A stretch of 62,733 bases of DNA, filler included, from Basidiobolus ranarum (GCA_040143965.1; 32 parts of 32 records of this genome joined end to end with filler, not necessarily neighbours in it), one strand, 5' to 3'; counted from the whole stretch's first letter, positions 23,737 to 37,226 are shown. Program-made: numbers and translations. Notes: generated by a model not told the origin, from the sequence alone.

Positions 23737-25032
23737 CCTTTGAGAAGTCTGATGATGAATGTTTCCACCTTTGGAAGTTCAAGATGCAAATTTGCTGGAA
23801 GAAATGGATCATTGGGGATTTGTTACAGGAGGACAAATAGAGCCAAAGGGACCACCAGACTCAATCCTTGCCTTTCACAAGAAGCAGGGGAAAGCACTCT
23901 CTACACTTTGTCTACATCTCAAAGCCTCTCCATTGGGGAATAAACACACAGCCAAAAGCATCAAAACTGCTTGGGAAACACTTAAGGGACTACATTGGAC
24001 TAAAAGTCTGGCTAATAGGCTGTATCTTGGATGAAAGTTATGTTCAATTGATGTGAATTTTGATACTTCTATTGCAAACCTTATAAATTAAATAAAAACT
24101 ATGGCAGATCAGCTCTCATCCTTTGCAGCATCTCTAAATGACAATGTCTTAGTCATGACACTACTTGAGACCCTGCCATATTAGTTTGGGAGCCACCTAT
24201 TTGCCCTAGAGTCAAGATCAGAGCCATTAACAATTTAATATGTTGGTGCTAGTTGTGTGCATGAGGAATTAAGGAGATCTAATCCTCAGCCAAATAATGC
24301 AGCTCAAGTGATTTTTAGAGTTGTAAAACATCCAACAGGACTCAATAATAGTGCCCCTAATAGGAAATCAATCATTTACAAGCATTGCAAGAAACCAGGC
24401 CATTTGATCAAAGATTGTAGCAATGGGAGTTTTGCCAAAAAGCAAAAATTGATATTAACAAATCCAGTAAGCATTGATAGGATTCCACTATTTGTGTCTA
24501 CCCTATTGATAGGCACTAACAAAGACTCAGAAGTGGGGTACATTGATCCAAGAACTTCCCAGCATTTGTCAAACAAAAAGGATTGGTTTTCCTGCTTAAA
24601 ACCCTTCCAAACAAGAAAGTCTACTTAGGAGATAACTATGCACTAGATGCAGTGGGTAAGGGCATAGTGGTGCTTAATTTAGACCAAAATAAAGCTCACC
24701 ATATGCAAAATTAGATGATTTACTTGGTATACTAAATACAGCCAAGAATGTACTCTCAGCAGGCTAAGCAACAGCTCAAGGACTAAACTTTGTGTTCAGC
24801 AAGGCTGGCTGGACTATCATTGATTGGAATATTGCCAAATTTGCCTCCAGGATCAAAACCCAAAATCTATACAGGCAAGTAATCATCAAATTTGATTCTG
24901 AGCATGCAAACTGGAATAAAACCAGTGATATAAGCTGTCAAACAAGGCACAAACAATTAGGCCACATTATCAAATAAATGCTGCCCAAATGCTCCAAAGT
25001 CAGCCTGCTTCAGCCTTAGATAGTGAACTATT
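23737..25032 (+). mobile_element. Copia-B gag-protease-pre-integrase, decayed
   Basis: Colinear with 2640-3843. CKKPGHLIKDC and YIDPRTSQH. Confidence 0.9.
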
Positions 25033-25448
25033 TGATAAAAGTGTTTAGGGGAAGTGGAAGTATTTTGAGCAAGATTTGGACTTTAAATTAGAGATTGAAG
25101 ATTTATTTAATTGACTATTTCCAATTTAATATTTACCATGAAACAGGACTAATGATTGTACTAACTTTTTTAGGCTTTTTGGGGCCCATAAATCTGCCTG
25201 GCTCTATATATATCTTCTTGGCAAGCTCACCATTCAAAAAGCAGTTTTAACATCCATTTGATGTATAATAAACTGATATTTTGCTGAAGTTGCTAAAATC
25301 ATTCTAATAGAATGAAACTTCACTACAGGAGCAAAAGTTTCTGTATAGTCTATTCCTAGTGTTTGGGAATAGCCTTTGGCTACTAGCCTACCCATGAACC
25401 ATTCTCACTCGCCATCACAGTAGAAATCAACTTTAAACCCCCATTGGC
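25033..25448 (-). mobile_element. LTR-B 3' end plus Copia RT fragment
   Basis: The LTR-B end CCCCTAAACACTTTTATCA is at 25033. [25 protein letters not shown]...[13 protein letters not shown] lies at about 25200-25390. Confidence 0.8.
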
Positions 25449-25594
25449 GGTCACAATCAGGAACTGGACAAGTACTGGAAACAATCACAAGAGGNNNNNN
25501 NNNNNNNNNNNNNNNNNNNNNNNNNNNNNNNNNNNNNNTTAATTAATTAANNNNNNNNNNNNNNNNNNNNNNNNNNNNNNNNNNNNNNNNNNNN

Positions 25595-26030
25595 GGAATG
25601 TACGATCGGACTCGGCAATAATGAATATATCCACCTGTTCCCATAGCGCATTAATTCGAATCTCTAGTAAATCCAGCTCAATACTAAAGATTACTGCATC
25701 CACCACTCGCGTTCTAGTAGTCTCATTGTGTGCTCTAGAGCTTGTCCCTTCTGCTACCATATCCTCACTCACATTCCACCCGTGTAAGGCGCACCATTTT
25801 TGGTTGCTCATACCTTCAACATTACGATACACTGGGTATACTTCAAATCCAGGTGGTGGGATATCCCACAAAGGTCTAACAACATAGCCAAAATCACGCC
25901 AAAGCGTAGATATGTCGCCTAGAAACATAGCACCAAGGGTTAAGAGAAACAGGAAGAGTATTAGCAATATAAAGGCCATTCGTGGCAACTTCCGATGAAT
26001 GCGGCGGAGTGAATGACTTTTGAAGAGCAT
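25595..26030 (-). CDS. Glycosyltransferase family 17 (MGAT3/GnT-III-like), 3'-truncated
   Basis: Type II membrane anchor, then RPLWD.PP, CALHGW and VVDAVIFSIELDLLEIRINALWEQVDIFIIAESDRTF. Confidence 0.9.
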
Positions 26031-27559
26031 TTGTGAAGATGTTAGGAATCTGAAATTGTGTCAGATTGAAGTTTATGTTGAATCAAGATACCCCTCTTGG
26101 TATTTATATAAATTCATGTTTAACTTTCTCTCTATTAGTGTATATTTCAAACATCTGTCTCACCCAATTTGTGCCACCTTTGTAGCTGTGCATTTGTACG
26201 TAAAATACTCTGAGCTCATTTGCTTGTAAAGTTACAAAGTTTTGATTTTAGGGTACATTCGAACTTACTATTTCTTAAATTGGAATTTAAAAGCAAGCAT
26301 CAATTAATCCTCAAGGAGCATGCAGTCCCGAAATTGCACTTAACAAATCAAGCCATCTAGCATCTGTCACCTCAGCAGTGAGAAGAACGGGTAATATGAT
26401 TGGTCAAATCACGGTGATATGGCTAACAAATCGACTCCCGTTGGAGCGCACTGTTATTGGCACTTGGGGTTAGACTCGTTAGGCAATAAAGTCAAGATGA
26501 AGCCAATTGTTGCGATGAGGAAAGGCACCATCCATTGCAATCTTGATTTAATGTGCAGAATAAATAACTTGAAGGTGCAAACTAAATTCAACTACATGAA
26601 ACGTAAATCGATCTAAAAAATTGAACGAATACGGCTTGTGGAATAATTTTCAAGAAATCAAGTTACTGTGGGTTCATGAGATACTCCTGTTGAAGTGTAG
26701 TATATTCAATTATGTATTCTAGCTGCTTTTGTACGCTAAATATTTTTAAGCTTATGTTCTGCTACCTCGCTGCTGAAGTAGTCTACCATCTCATATGATG
26801 GGTACAATTAAACATTTTTCTTTCTCTAACAATTTCATCTGAGAGAGCTATTAATGCAAGGTACTTAATCGGTTTCATGAATTTAAATCTAACCTAAAGT
26901 CGCTGTTTGTCTGTGATTAATACTTGATATGGAAACATTTCGATCAAATCAATCATATTGAAGTAAAGCTGCTTGTATTCAATCGGACAACTATTCTGAA
27001 ATACTACCACTTATGATAGGCTGCTCTAAGGTAAGAGTGCGGAATCTTAGTGATTTCAATGGTCTTAATGAGTTTGGGTTATGATCATTCTGGTAAGAGT
27101 TCACTGTTTCTTAGGGTTAGGATGCTCATGCTATTAATCAATAGGTTGGGACTCATGATATGAGCAAATCTATAAAAACTTAGGGGGATGAAAAGCACCG
27201 GAAGGTGTAATATCCACTTATTAATATAAACACAGTTAGCAAATTAATAAGCCAAGTTACAATATAATATTTAAAGATAAAGTCAAGATGTTGACAAAGC
27301 TGAGTTTCCTAGTAAACTTGGCTTAACAGTATTCCAGATAGGATGGAGCCAAGTTAGGGTTAGGGGGGAGACAGTCACCAAAAGGTGAAATCTTTATTTC
27401 AAACAAAACAAAGAAGCCATAACTACTTTTGTAGTTTCTTAACTAATGTATGGAGATCTNNNNNNNNNNNNNNNNNNNNNNNNNNNNNNNNNNNNNNNNN
27501 NNNTTAATTAATTAANNNNNNNNNNNNNNNNNNNNNNNNNNNNNNNNNNNNNNNNNNNN

Positions 27560-27723
27560 AGTTTTGAGAAAATAGTGAAAATTGGTAAAAGTGATCTAAT
27601 TGATATTTCTATCAATTAGAGCAATAAACACACATTTTTGAATGACAGAATTGAGTACTAAATAATCAGAGTATAAATAAACTAACTACTAAATAATGAC
27701 TTGCTATTTACCTAATTTCAACA
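27560..27723 (-). mobile_element. LTR-B 5' part inserted in a Copia integrase
   Basis: Starts TGTTGAAATTAGGTAAATAGC at 27723; matches 2223-2390. Confidence 0.85.
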
Positions 27724-29423
27724 ATTTCAAGCCCTATTTGGATTAAAACCAAGCGTGGATAATCTCAGGATCTTTGATTGCATAGCATATTGCCTAATTC
27801 CACCTCAAAAATGCTCTAAGTTGGAACACAAAAGCAGAAAATGCATATTTCTTGGTTATTGTGATGGATCCAAGGCCTGTAGACTGTTTGATAACAAAAT
27901 CACAAGTTGATTAAGTGAAGAGATGTGATCTTTGATGAAAAAGCAAATTTTTCACCTCAAATTACAGCTCTTGATCCAGAAAACACAATCAGCACTATTC
28001 AGGAAGTGTCTAACCAAATTCCAGCTGTATCTGAGCCCTATTTAACCAAAATTGCAGTCACACTTATATCTGAGGATGATTTGGGACCCAGAAAATATCC
28101 AGAAGGAGAAATTAGTCAGGAAACTGGTGGAACACTTCCAATAATAGTTTATATGCTTATGCAGTACTCTGTGACAAATTGTAGACTCTGGATCTAGATC
28201 TGGAGTATCCATAATCAAGATTATGGGAAAAAGCAACGTCTGATAAGATGTCTTCACTTCAGGACACTAAAAGGTGGGCTTTAAGGCCTCTAGCATGCGG
28301 AAGAAAGCAAATAGGTTGAAAATGGGTCTACAAAGTCAAAAACCAAGCTGATGGAACTATAGAAAGATACAAAGCAAGATTAGTTGCAAAAGGTTATTCC
28401 TAGACTCCAGGAGTTAATTTCAATGAAACTTCTGCTTGAATAGCCAAGTTTAGCTCCATTAGATCAATGCTGGCACTCTCAGCCAGCCATAATCTTGATC
28501 TACATCAAATGAATGTAAAAGCAGCCTTTCTGAATGGAAATCTAGCAGAAGAGATGCATATGGAGCAACCAGATAGATTTGTTGACACAAAACACCATGA
28601 TATGGTCTGTAAACTACAATAATTGCTATATGGACTGACACAAGCACCCAGGGCATAATACAACAAAACAGATACCTATTTGGAATCACTTGAATTCCAA
28701 AAATGCACAGCAGATCACAGTGTTTACATCAAAACAACTGGAAATAAGATCCTTATTTTGGCAGTATATGTGGATGTCATAATCAAAGCCACAAATGATC
28801 TGGAAGAACTTAATCAGACAAAAAGCAACTTATCAAATCAATTGCAGATGACTGATGTTGGTGAATTAAGTCATTTTCTTGGAATCCAAATCCAGAGAAA
28901 TAAACCCATTCAGAAAATCATGCTGAATCAGTCTTGATACATGCTAGACATCCCAAAATGCTTCAACTTGGAGAAAAGCAAGCCTGTATCAATAGTAATG
29001 AATACCAATGTAAAATTAATCAAAACTTCATCCAATTTGGCTCAAAATGCCCTGAATCAAAGCCAGGAATTCTATTATCAATCCATGGTGTGTAGTTTAA
29101 TGTATTCAATGGTCGGAATATGTCCAGACATTGCTGCAGTAGGGGAACCGGTGAGCCCATATCTCAAAAATTTAGGATCTGAGCACAAAACTGCAGTAAA
29201 CAAATATTCTGGTATTTGAGTGGAAATGTAGATTTTGTTTTCAAATACTCTGCCATTCCTGATGCACAAACTTTTGAAGGCTACAGGTATGCACACTGGG
29301 GAAGGAACCTTGATGATAGAAGATCAACAACTGGATACACTCTTCTCTATGGTAATGCAGCCATAACTAGGAATAGTATGCAGCAACCAACCGTAGCACT
29401 TTCCACTACAGAAGCAGAGTATA
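27724..29423 (+). mobile_element. Copia integrase C-terminus, RT and RNase H start, decayed
   Basis: KCIFLGYCDGSK, KWVYKVK...RYKARLVAKGY, ILAVYVDV, DDRRSTTGY, QPTVALSTTEAEY. Confidence 0.93.
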
Positions 29424-29523
29424 NNNNNNNNNNNNNNNNNNNNNNNNNNNNNNNNNNNNNNNNNNNNTTAATTAATTAANNNNNNNNNNNNNNNNNNNNN
29501 NNNNNNNNNNNNNNNNNNNNNNN

Positions 29524-30287
29524 CTCCTGGCTTCATCTTTAAGTTAAACAATTGTCTTCTTAAAAACATCTTGTTTGCATCAGAGCTTGTTTGATAGGTG
29601 TCTTCCAAGGCTTTCCAGACCTTCTTGGCAGTTTTAGCCCTTTACCATTATGTTAGCAATTTATCTTGAATATTATATTAGCTATTTATCTTGAACATTA
29701 AGACAAATTGTGTTAAAGGCACTTTGTTCTTTTTTAACCTGGAGTAAAACTTTGGTTTTGGATAGTTTTGCATTGTTCTTCTCCTACAACAGTGTCCCAA
29801 AGTCCTTTTTCTTGCAGCAGCATTTTCATTTTAATATTCCAAACATGATAATTGGTTCCATCCAATTTTTCAGAGGAGGGAAAAATTCCATCAATTTGAA
29901 AAGTTGATACTACAGAGAGTGCAAGCTCAGGACTCATAACCTATTAAAGTATTATGGAGCCTGTTGGAAGTGGTTTGGAGAATTAGACAAATAACTTGTT
30001 TTCACTTGTAGATATATTGAGTTGAAAGTTGACATTTATAGTTTTGGCAGGAAGTAAACAAACAAACATGTAGAATATGTTAAAGAAGGTCCCAGGAACA
30101 TGTGTGCAAAGTTTGGGTCTTCTAGCAGAAGTTTAAAGTCTATATATCTGAGAACTTCTATGTTGGTAAAAATATTCTAAGTAAATTCTGATTGAGAGTA
30201 ATTGAAAATATCTTAGTGAATTATATGATAACCAAGTACTAAGCTATATATGACTATATTGGTGTTTGGGCAATGCCAATTTCAATA
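29524..30287 (-). mobile_element. Copia-A 5' LTR (29942-30287), PBS (29930-29941) and gag
   Basis: LTR-A, then GGTTATGAGTCC, then MSPELA...EKLDGTNYHVWNIKMKMLLQEKGLWDTV. Confidence 0.9.
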
Positions 30288-31487
30288 CCAACAGGCTCCT
30301 AAATACTTTAACATATATGACTATATAAATGTTTAGGCTAGGCTTATTTCAGCAGAATAATCATGTTAATCATATTAAACATTTTGAGTGCTACATACTG
30401 CAGTGCAAATGGAATAGTGATAAAAGTCTTGAAGTTGAGTGAGCCAAGGAATCAATCAAGTGCAGAATCATAGAACTATTGAAGCAGGAGAGAATAGCAG
30501 AGTAGTTCTGGCTAATATAGGCCCTGAGAGCAACAATGGTTTGCTCTGTTATAGTTGCAAGTAGGTTTGCTAAGCCATTAGGCTTAGTATTCTGTAGGTG
30601 TTGGTGGATACTAGGCTTTGATTGAAAACTAGAGTCAGAATGTGAATAGCCTTGGGAGACATTAAGAAATACTGAGAACCTATATTCATTCAGACACACA
30701 CACAACCAAAAGATTTGGTTAGTATTATATATATCTTTTCATGGCAACAAAAAGTTGTCAGTGCCTAGATAATAGATTGCTAGTTTGGATTGACAAGCTC
30801 TATGACTGAATGGATGGATACAAAAGTAAGCCACACATCGGCTGAAGTCTTGGCAGTGAAAGAACATTGGGTACAATTCTTGTGACTAATGTTGGCTTCT
30901 TTCTTGAGATATGACATAGTGGTTGTTATTGAATTGATGACAATCATGTGATAGGTCATATGATTTGTTTGATATGATGAGAGGGTAAAGAGTTGTTCAT
31001 GTGCTGTCTCATACAATGGAGAGAGTGGATATGGCCAGGCAACTTGTTAGTAATTATGTTTAACCAAAAGATACTTTTATAGATTTAAAAGGGCTAGTGC
31101 AAGTTATATAACTTGGTGTGTTGGTACACAATATATACAAGTGCAGTGAAAAAATGAATGTTTAAGACCAAATGGCATTGTAAGAATGAGGCAGAATTCA
31201 GAATGAAAACTGTGTAAACAGGAGAAAGATGTTGATAGTAAATAGATTTTTGCACAATAATTTTTTTGCCTTTAGTCTATTATCAATGCATATTGCTGTT
31301 GTGGGTGACCCTGATTAGTCAGGTTTATGCATGTACAGAGATCAAACATCAGGAGATACCAGTATTTTTTACTTCTCAATATGGCTGNNNNNNNNNNNNN
31401 NNNNNNNNNNNNNNNNNNNNNNNNNNNNNNNTTAATTAATTAANNNNNNNNNNNNNNNNNNNNNNNNNNNNNNNNNNNNNNNNNNNN

Positions 31488-32181
31488 CAGTCAAATCCAA
31501 GCCAAGGCAAATGTTAGCTTTGATGCCGAGTACACCTATACGCCCATCGACAAGATCTCTATGACAATCATCATCCTGATGAATATTTGACCCATCTCCA
31601 GCTGGTGAACTTCCAGGTTTCGCGGTTTCCTTACTTCCTGCCGTTTCACCAGTGCCATTTCCAGCCGATAGATCAACATTCTCTTGACTGCTTGGTACCT
31701 CGCCATCTCCACCAGCTGGTGAACCAGAGTTCGATGATCCGTTCTCTCCACTAATATCCTCTCCCGATGGGACATTATCACGATAACGATCTCTACCTTT
31801 TCTATTATCTTCATTATCATAATTCCAATCTTCCTTGTCATGGTGAGAATCATTTCTGTACCTATCACGGTGATTTTCGTATATGTTACCACCTCGATTG
31901 TAATCATTGTGCTCAATATCGTAATCTTGGTCATCCTCATTATCATTTTCATTGCCTTGATGATAGTCACTATATCTTCTGTTACCATGGTTCTCATGAC
32001 GACTGTCATATCCATCTCGGTCGCTTCTCCATTCTGGATATTCCTGGTTGTTCCAAACCTTACTTGCTTCATACTGATTACTATGATGAGATGGGAAGTA
32101 ATCTCTCTCAGCAACACTAGCTCCAGCGATAACTGTAGCAGACGAAAGAACAAAAAGTAACCTGATGGAAGAGAAATGCAT
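31488..32181 (-). CDS. Secreted D/N/H/R-rich low-complexity protein with a C-terminal Cys-bounded LGI motif, 3'-truncated
   Basis: Signal peptide MHFSSIRLLFVLSSATVIAGA and TATA-like TATATAA about 45 nt upstream. Ends CHRDLVDGRIGVLGIKANICL. Confidence 0.85.
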
Positions 32182-32947
32182 TTGTTACTTGGATTTCAAT
32201 AGATTGTGAGGTATGTACTGGCTTATATAAGGAATCTTCTAAAAATGAATCTGTCTCAAATTTAGTTAGAGACTAAAGTATGATACTATTTGTTTTTTGA
32301 TCACTTTTCTTATATAGAGCTCTGGAAATGTACACTTATGCTTACTGATTGTGGGATTAACCTCGTATCCTCCTTTGTAGTCTCCGATCGCACATTAGAT
32401 TTTTTATGATTAGCATATTTCCGTAAGAAAAATACAGGGGTCCATTATTCAATGTAGTCTCACCAGACTCTTAGCATCTTACTTGCTATATTTTGGAGAG
32501 CAACTCTGGATGCAACCTTCTAAAGTATTCGGCTCTTATGTTTTACTCTTCATTTTTCATATCGTGCTTTAATTCGAAACTATATAGCACATTGCAAATA
32601 ATAAGCCATGAATGAGGTACTAAGATTCGACTCTATTCCGGGAGTTTTGGATATAGTATACATAGTGACTAAAGGTGATCACGTGGGTCAGAAATCCCCA
32701 AATGGGTCTTTGAAGACTCGCTTTTCCAAAAACGTACTTGGGTCATTCAAGTTAATACAACACTATAGTGACCACTGAAATCTATCAACAAATTAGAGGC
32801 TACTGGCAACTTTATTAAAAATATTCAATCACATCTGAGTATAAACGAAGCAATCTAGTCACTACATTAACTGAGAACCAATAGAATGGGATATATTGAA
32901 CATGAGTATGGGGTATTGAGGAATCTGGTAGAGTTGAAGCATGAGAC

Positions 32948-33349
32948 CTACACTCTTATCACAATCTCAGGTAAACATATGACTGCGTCCACCGTAATTC
33001 CTAGTATGTTGGCATGCGCCTTAATTGTCTCACAGATCTCACGTCGGTGCCCTTTATCACCACCACTATTCAATACTCCTGGCAACAGGCCACCTAGGCC
33101 ACTGTTAGGACGATCATGTGTATCAACCCTAATCAGCCTGTCAAGACACACAACAGCATCGACATTGATTCCCAACAATTGACGAACTTTGATAGCAATA
33201 TCTTCGCAACGGCCAGAATCTAAGTCAGAGGATTCTCCACCTCCATTGAGTGGACTATTGAGATTGTCTGGGGGACCAGGAGCTCCAGGTGTACCACTTG
33301 GCAAACTGTCAGTATCTCCAGAAGGTGCCCCATGAGATGAACATTTATA
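32948..33349 (-). CDS. Related protein with two Cys-bounded LGI repeats, 5'-truncated
   Basis: The frame is open to the contig end. CEDIAIKVRQLLGINVDAVVCL and CETIKAHANILGITVDAVICL are separated by a G/P/S linker. Confidence 0.78.
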   Translation of the reverse strand, partial: YKCSSHGAPSGDTDSLPSGTPGAPGPPDNLNSPLNGGGESSDLDSGRCEDIAIKVRQLLGINVDAVVCLDRLIRVDTHDRPNSGLGGLLPGVLNSGGDKGHRREICETIKAHANILGITVDAVICLPEIVIRV

Positions 33350-33451
33350 ATNNNNNNNNNNNNNNNNNNNNNNNNNNNNNNNNNNNNNNNNNNNNTTAAT
33401 TAATTAANNNNNNNNNNNNNNNNNNNNNNNNNNNNNNNNNNNNNNNNNNNN

Positions 33452-33554
<103 letters not shown>

Positions 33555-33656
33555 TTATTACAGACTGTAGAGTATATGTAGTGTAGTATATAGGGTATAT
33601 TCGAGCGTATTCAAGGAAATGAATTAATTGAATTCCTGAGATCATAAATCCCCTCA

Positions 33657-33714
33657 TTTTATAGTTTATTTGATTGATAGATCCCGAAAATTCTCCCAAA
33701 TTCTAGCATATTCT
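33657..33714 (-). promoter_or_regulatory. Hsp70 promoter: TATA box and heat-shock element
   Basis: TATAAAA on the minus strand at 33663-33657. GAAnnTTC at 33686-33693, with further TTC at 33701 and 33711 (10-nt spacing, step-type HSE). Confidence 0.78.
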
Positions 33715-35093
33715 TACTATATTCGCAGTGTGACTATTTCTACACTTCCTTTTATAGCCATTAAATTTATAGTAGTTTACAGGTTTAGCCATTCTGTTAA
33801 TTACGTCATTTATAGTAAGTTTGTGTGATTGGGAAATTATATCAATGTCAAGGATAGTTTAATTCTATTTGATATTTATATAATAATTCTCTTGCATATT
33901 TATATAATACACCTATTTCATTTATATATTAGAATTCTTTTTCATATTTGTATCTGTGTATAGTATATGCTGTAGCTATCTAACTAATCCTTTCTGAATT
34001 CTTGCTTAACCAGGGATTTACTGTATGTTGCCAGTTGGACCTAGCATTGCTAACTATTGACTGGGTATTGTTAACTGTACCTATGGTTACAATGGTTAGA
34101 TGCTTATCTTAACAGTATGATCCACAACCACTTAATAAGACTTCTATTGATAATAACTCTGGCAAAAATTTACTTGACATATTTTTGTATGGTGAAATGA
34201 CCCATTATTCCAAGGCGCTACGCTCAGTATCTTTGAAGATGTGGGCTTGAATATCACTCTCATCATTTTAATGTGACATGTTAGGTATATATTGTGTTGT
34301 TGATTTCCTCATACCCCCAAATAAATTTCTTACTTGTCAATCAATCACCAATATGCTATTACTCCAAAGCCAATCTTAAGATAGAAAGTTAGCAGTTATT
34401 TCTCACTATTTAGAGGATACCTACTGAAGCATGTAGTGATGAGTACCCTCTATTACACATAAACTTAGGGGGGGGGGAGAGAGTTACCAACAGGTGAATC
34501 TTTATTTCCAACAAAATAAAGAAGGTATTAATAGTTTTGTAGTTTCTTAATTAGAGCATGAAGATCTGGAGTATTGGTATAAATGTTGAAAAGTAGAAAA
34601 GTTAAGTCAGCAGAGTCTAAGACACTGTAAAGTGGAGTAGGATGGAGTAACAAAGGTAAAAATGGTTTGCCAACAATGGAAATTCATGGAATGAGACTAG
34701 GATTAACATAAAGCCTAAAGGGAGTGTGCTTCTGAACATATTGCTGCAAAAGGTCCACCAAGTTTTCCATGTAGGCAAGGGGGGGCTTCTCAGCTTGCTC
34801 AATAAAGGAAGCAAAGTTTCTGACTTCAGGATCTCATAACAGTATTCTCCAGCAAGAGGTTGGATCAGTCAAGTGGGAACCTCTCCAGGACATAATAAGA
34901 GGGTTCTGACTCTTACATATCCTGATGAACAGTCTAGTCTTGAGGTTGAGCATTCTGAGACTATGTGTAGAAGTGAGAGAAAGAAGAGGTAAGCCAAATT
35001 CTACAACTGGAGAGACAAACTAATTGAGGAGAAGTAGACCACTGGGAGCAGAAGTACTAGGGGGAGTAACAGCCAATAGCTTGTGAAGAGGCT

Positions 35094-35314
35094 GTTGAAA
35101 TTAGCATTGCCTAAATACCTATATAGTCATATATAGCTTAGTAGTTAGTTATCTTACAACTCACTAAGATATTATCAATTATTCTCATTCAGAACTTACT
35201 TAGGATATTTTTACCAACTTAGAAGTTCTCAGATATATAGATTTTTCAAACTTGTGCTAGAAGCCCCAAACTTTGCACACATGTTCCTGGGACCTTCCTT
35301 AACATATTCTACAC
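35094..35314 (+). mobile_element. LTR-A 5' part
   Basis: Starts TGTTGAAATTAGCATTGCCTAA. Confidence 0.9.
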
Positions 35315-35414
35315 NNNNNNNNNNNNNNNNNNNNNNNNNNNNNNNNNNNNNNNNNNNNTTAATTAATTAANNNNNNNNNNNNNNNNNNNNNNNNNNNNNN
35401 NNNNNNNNNNNNNN

Positions 35415-36227
35415 GATATTCCTTTCTCTATAGTGAAGCAGCCATATCTTGGAATAGCAAGAAACAACCCACCGTAGCACTTTCAACAACTGAAGCAGAG
35501 TACATGGCAGCATCATATATAACAAAGGAGGCTATGTGGCTAAGGAAACTGTTCAAAGACTTGGGCATTTTTCAAAGTTCACCCACCATAATTTTCAAGG
35601 ATAATCAAAGTTGTATTTCTTTAGCTAAAAATCCCAAATTTCATGCTAGAAGTAAGCACATTGACATTCAACATCACTTTGTTAGGGAAGCTATTGAGAA
35701 TAAGCATGTCCAACTACAGTACTGTCCAACTGAGGACATGCTTGCTGACATCCTTACCAAACCATTACCCAAGCCAAAATTTGAAGAATTAAGATTTAAG
35801 TTAGGATTAAGATATATGAATATTTAGTTGAGTGGGAGTGTTGAAGTTTATTGTCTTTATCATATTTATTATCTCTATCTTTATACACCTAACTATTTCA
35901 TATATCACATATAAGTTAGTTAACATTACTTAGTCCAATATCACTTAGCTGAAATTGGAACATATATTATATATATATGTGAATAATGTGAGAATTAGCA
36001 ATTCCATTAGCAATTCCATATTGGGAATTTCAAACTTGTCCAAATTGCCCCAAAGATAGCTCATTTTACTCTCACAGATGTTCTGAACACAACCCCAGTG
36101 TTTGTTTTCTGTATTTCCACCAAAAAGTATAAATGTTTAATTTGTGGACAATAAACAATTATCTCACAAAGCTATTCACAACCCCACTTTTCTAAAGTTC
36201 CTCCAAACAGCCCATATTTTCCCAATA
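35415..36227 (+). mobile_element. Copia-C RNase H, PPT and full 3' LTR-C (35839-36227)
   Basis: DNQSCISLAKNPKFHARSKHIDIQHHFVRE...ADILTKPL, then GAGTGGGAG, then TGTTGAAG...CCCAATA. Confidence 0.94.
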
Positions 36228-36729
36228 ATAAGTGGTAATTATTGGTTGAAAAACAGCATGCATTTAACTCTAAAGATATGGCTCCTATTTATACTTTTCT
36301 GAACATAAAAAATATCCAGCAAGTTACAGAGAATTTGTCAGGATCTGGGGATATGATGCCATCATAAATCATAAGATTAGTAAACCATGCAATGTTCCAG
36401 AAGATAGTAGAATAAGCCAGAAAGTCAAGGAATATTCTGGCAAAATCAATTTTAGATCAGTAAAATTCATTCAATCATCAACTAATCCAAGAATCTTGTG
36501 GAACTTTGCAGATAATTGTAGTAATTTCCAAAAATAACAGGGCTGACATGGGTTAAAACTGATAAATCTTGTATTGTAGGGGATAGTACTAGTAGTGTGA
36601 TACAATTGGCTAAAGAACATGGAGAAGTCTAACAAGGATAAAGAAATACAAGTTGTGGATTAGTCAAGATATAAGCTAGGAATGGAAATAAGACAACCTG
36701 CCAGTGGGTAGCAATGCTATCCCACCAGA

Positions 36730-37226
36730 CTGCTTTAGTTTTGCCCACTGAGCCCATTATCTGTTCTTTACCTCAAAGTTGTGGTAACAATATTAAAAGT
36801 GAAGACATTGTGGAGCTATCTTAGCTATATGACCACAATGATGTAGGCAGAAATACAAGTATGGTCAAGCCTGTAAGTCCACAAAACTTTGAGCATTTGG
36901 TGCTAGCTGTTGATCTTGGTGATTGCAGGGCTGATGGTAGTATATCAGAAGAAGATGAAGAAAAAGATTAGTATTGATAGAGTTTCTTTGTTACTATCAA
37001 GTATTGGTCCACTCAAAACACTTACAGTACAGGAAGTGGCTTTGATTGTGGAGGAGTGGAGAGGTCAATACAAGCTGATCAATTCAATGTTCACTAATTT
37101 TTTTACACATTGAAGACAGTTGATTGGCAACTGTTGCTTGCCACAGATCTGGTACAATGTAAATGCTGGTCAGGCATATGATTTCCCTAATAGAAACTTG
37201 AGGATTGTTATCATAAGATAACCAAC
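36730..37226 (+). mobile_element. CACTA-like transposase fragment, interrupted at 37185 by a CCCTAA-type terminus
   Basis: Colinear with 20230-20680. CCCTAATAGAAACTTGAGGATTG matches the termini at 55733 and 56755. Confidence 0.75.

Noticed and set aside
30390-31020. Minus-strand ORF pieces with a CxxC
   Set aside because: Too fragmentary to assign. Probably a decayed repeat ORF.
31536-32160. Three extra overlapping ORFs (Ile/Met-rich, His-rich)
   Set aside because: Shadow frames of the GAT/AAT/CAT-rich secreted protein.
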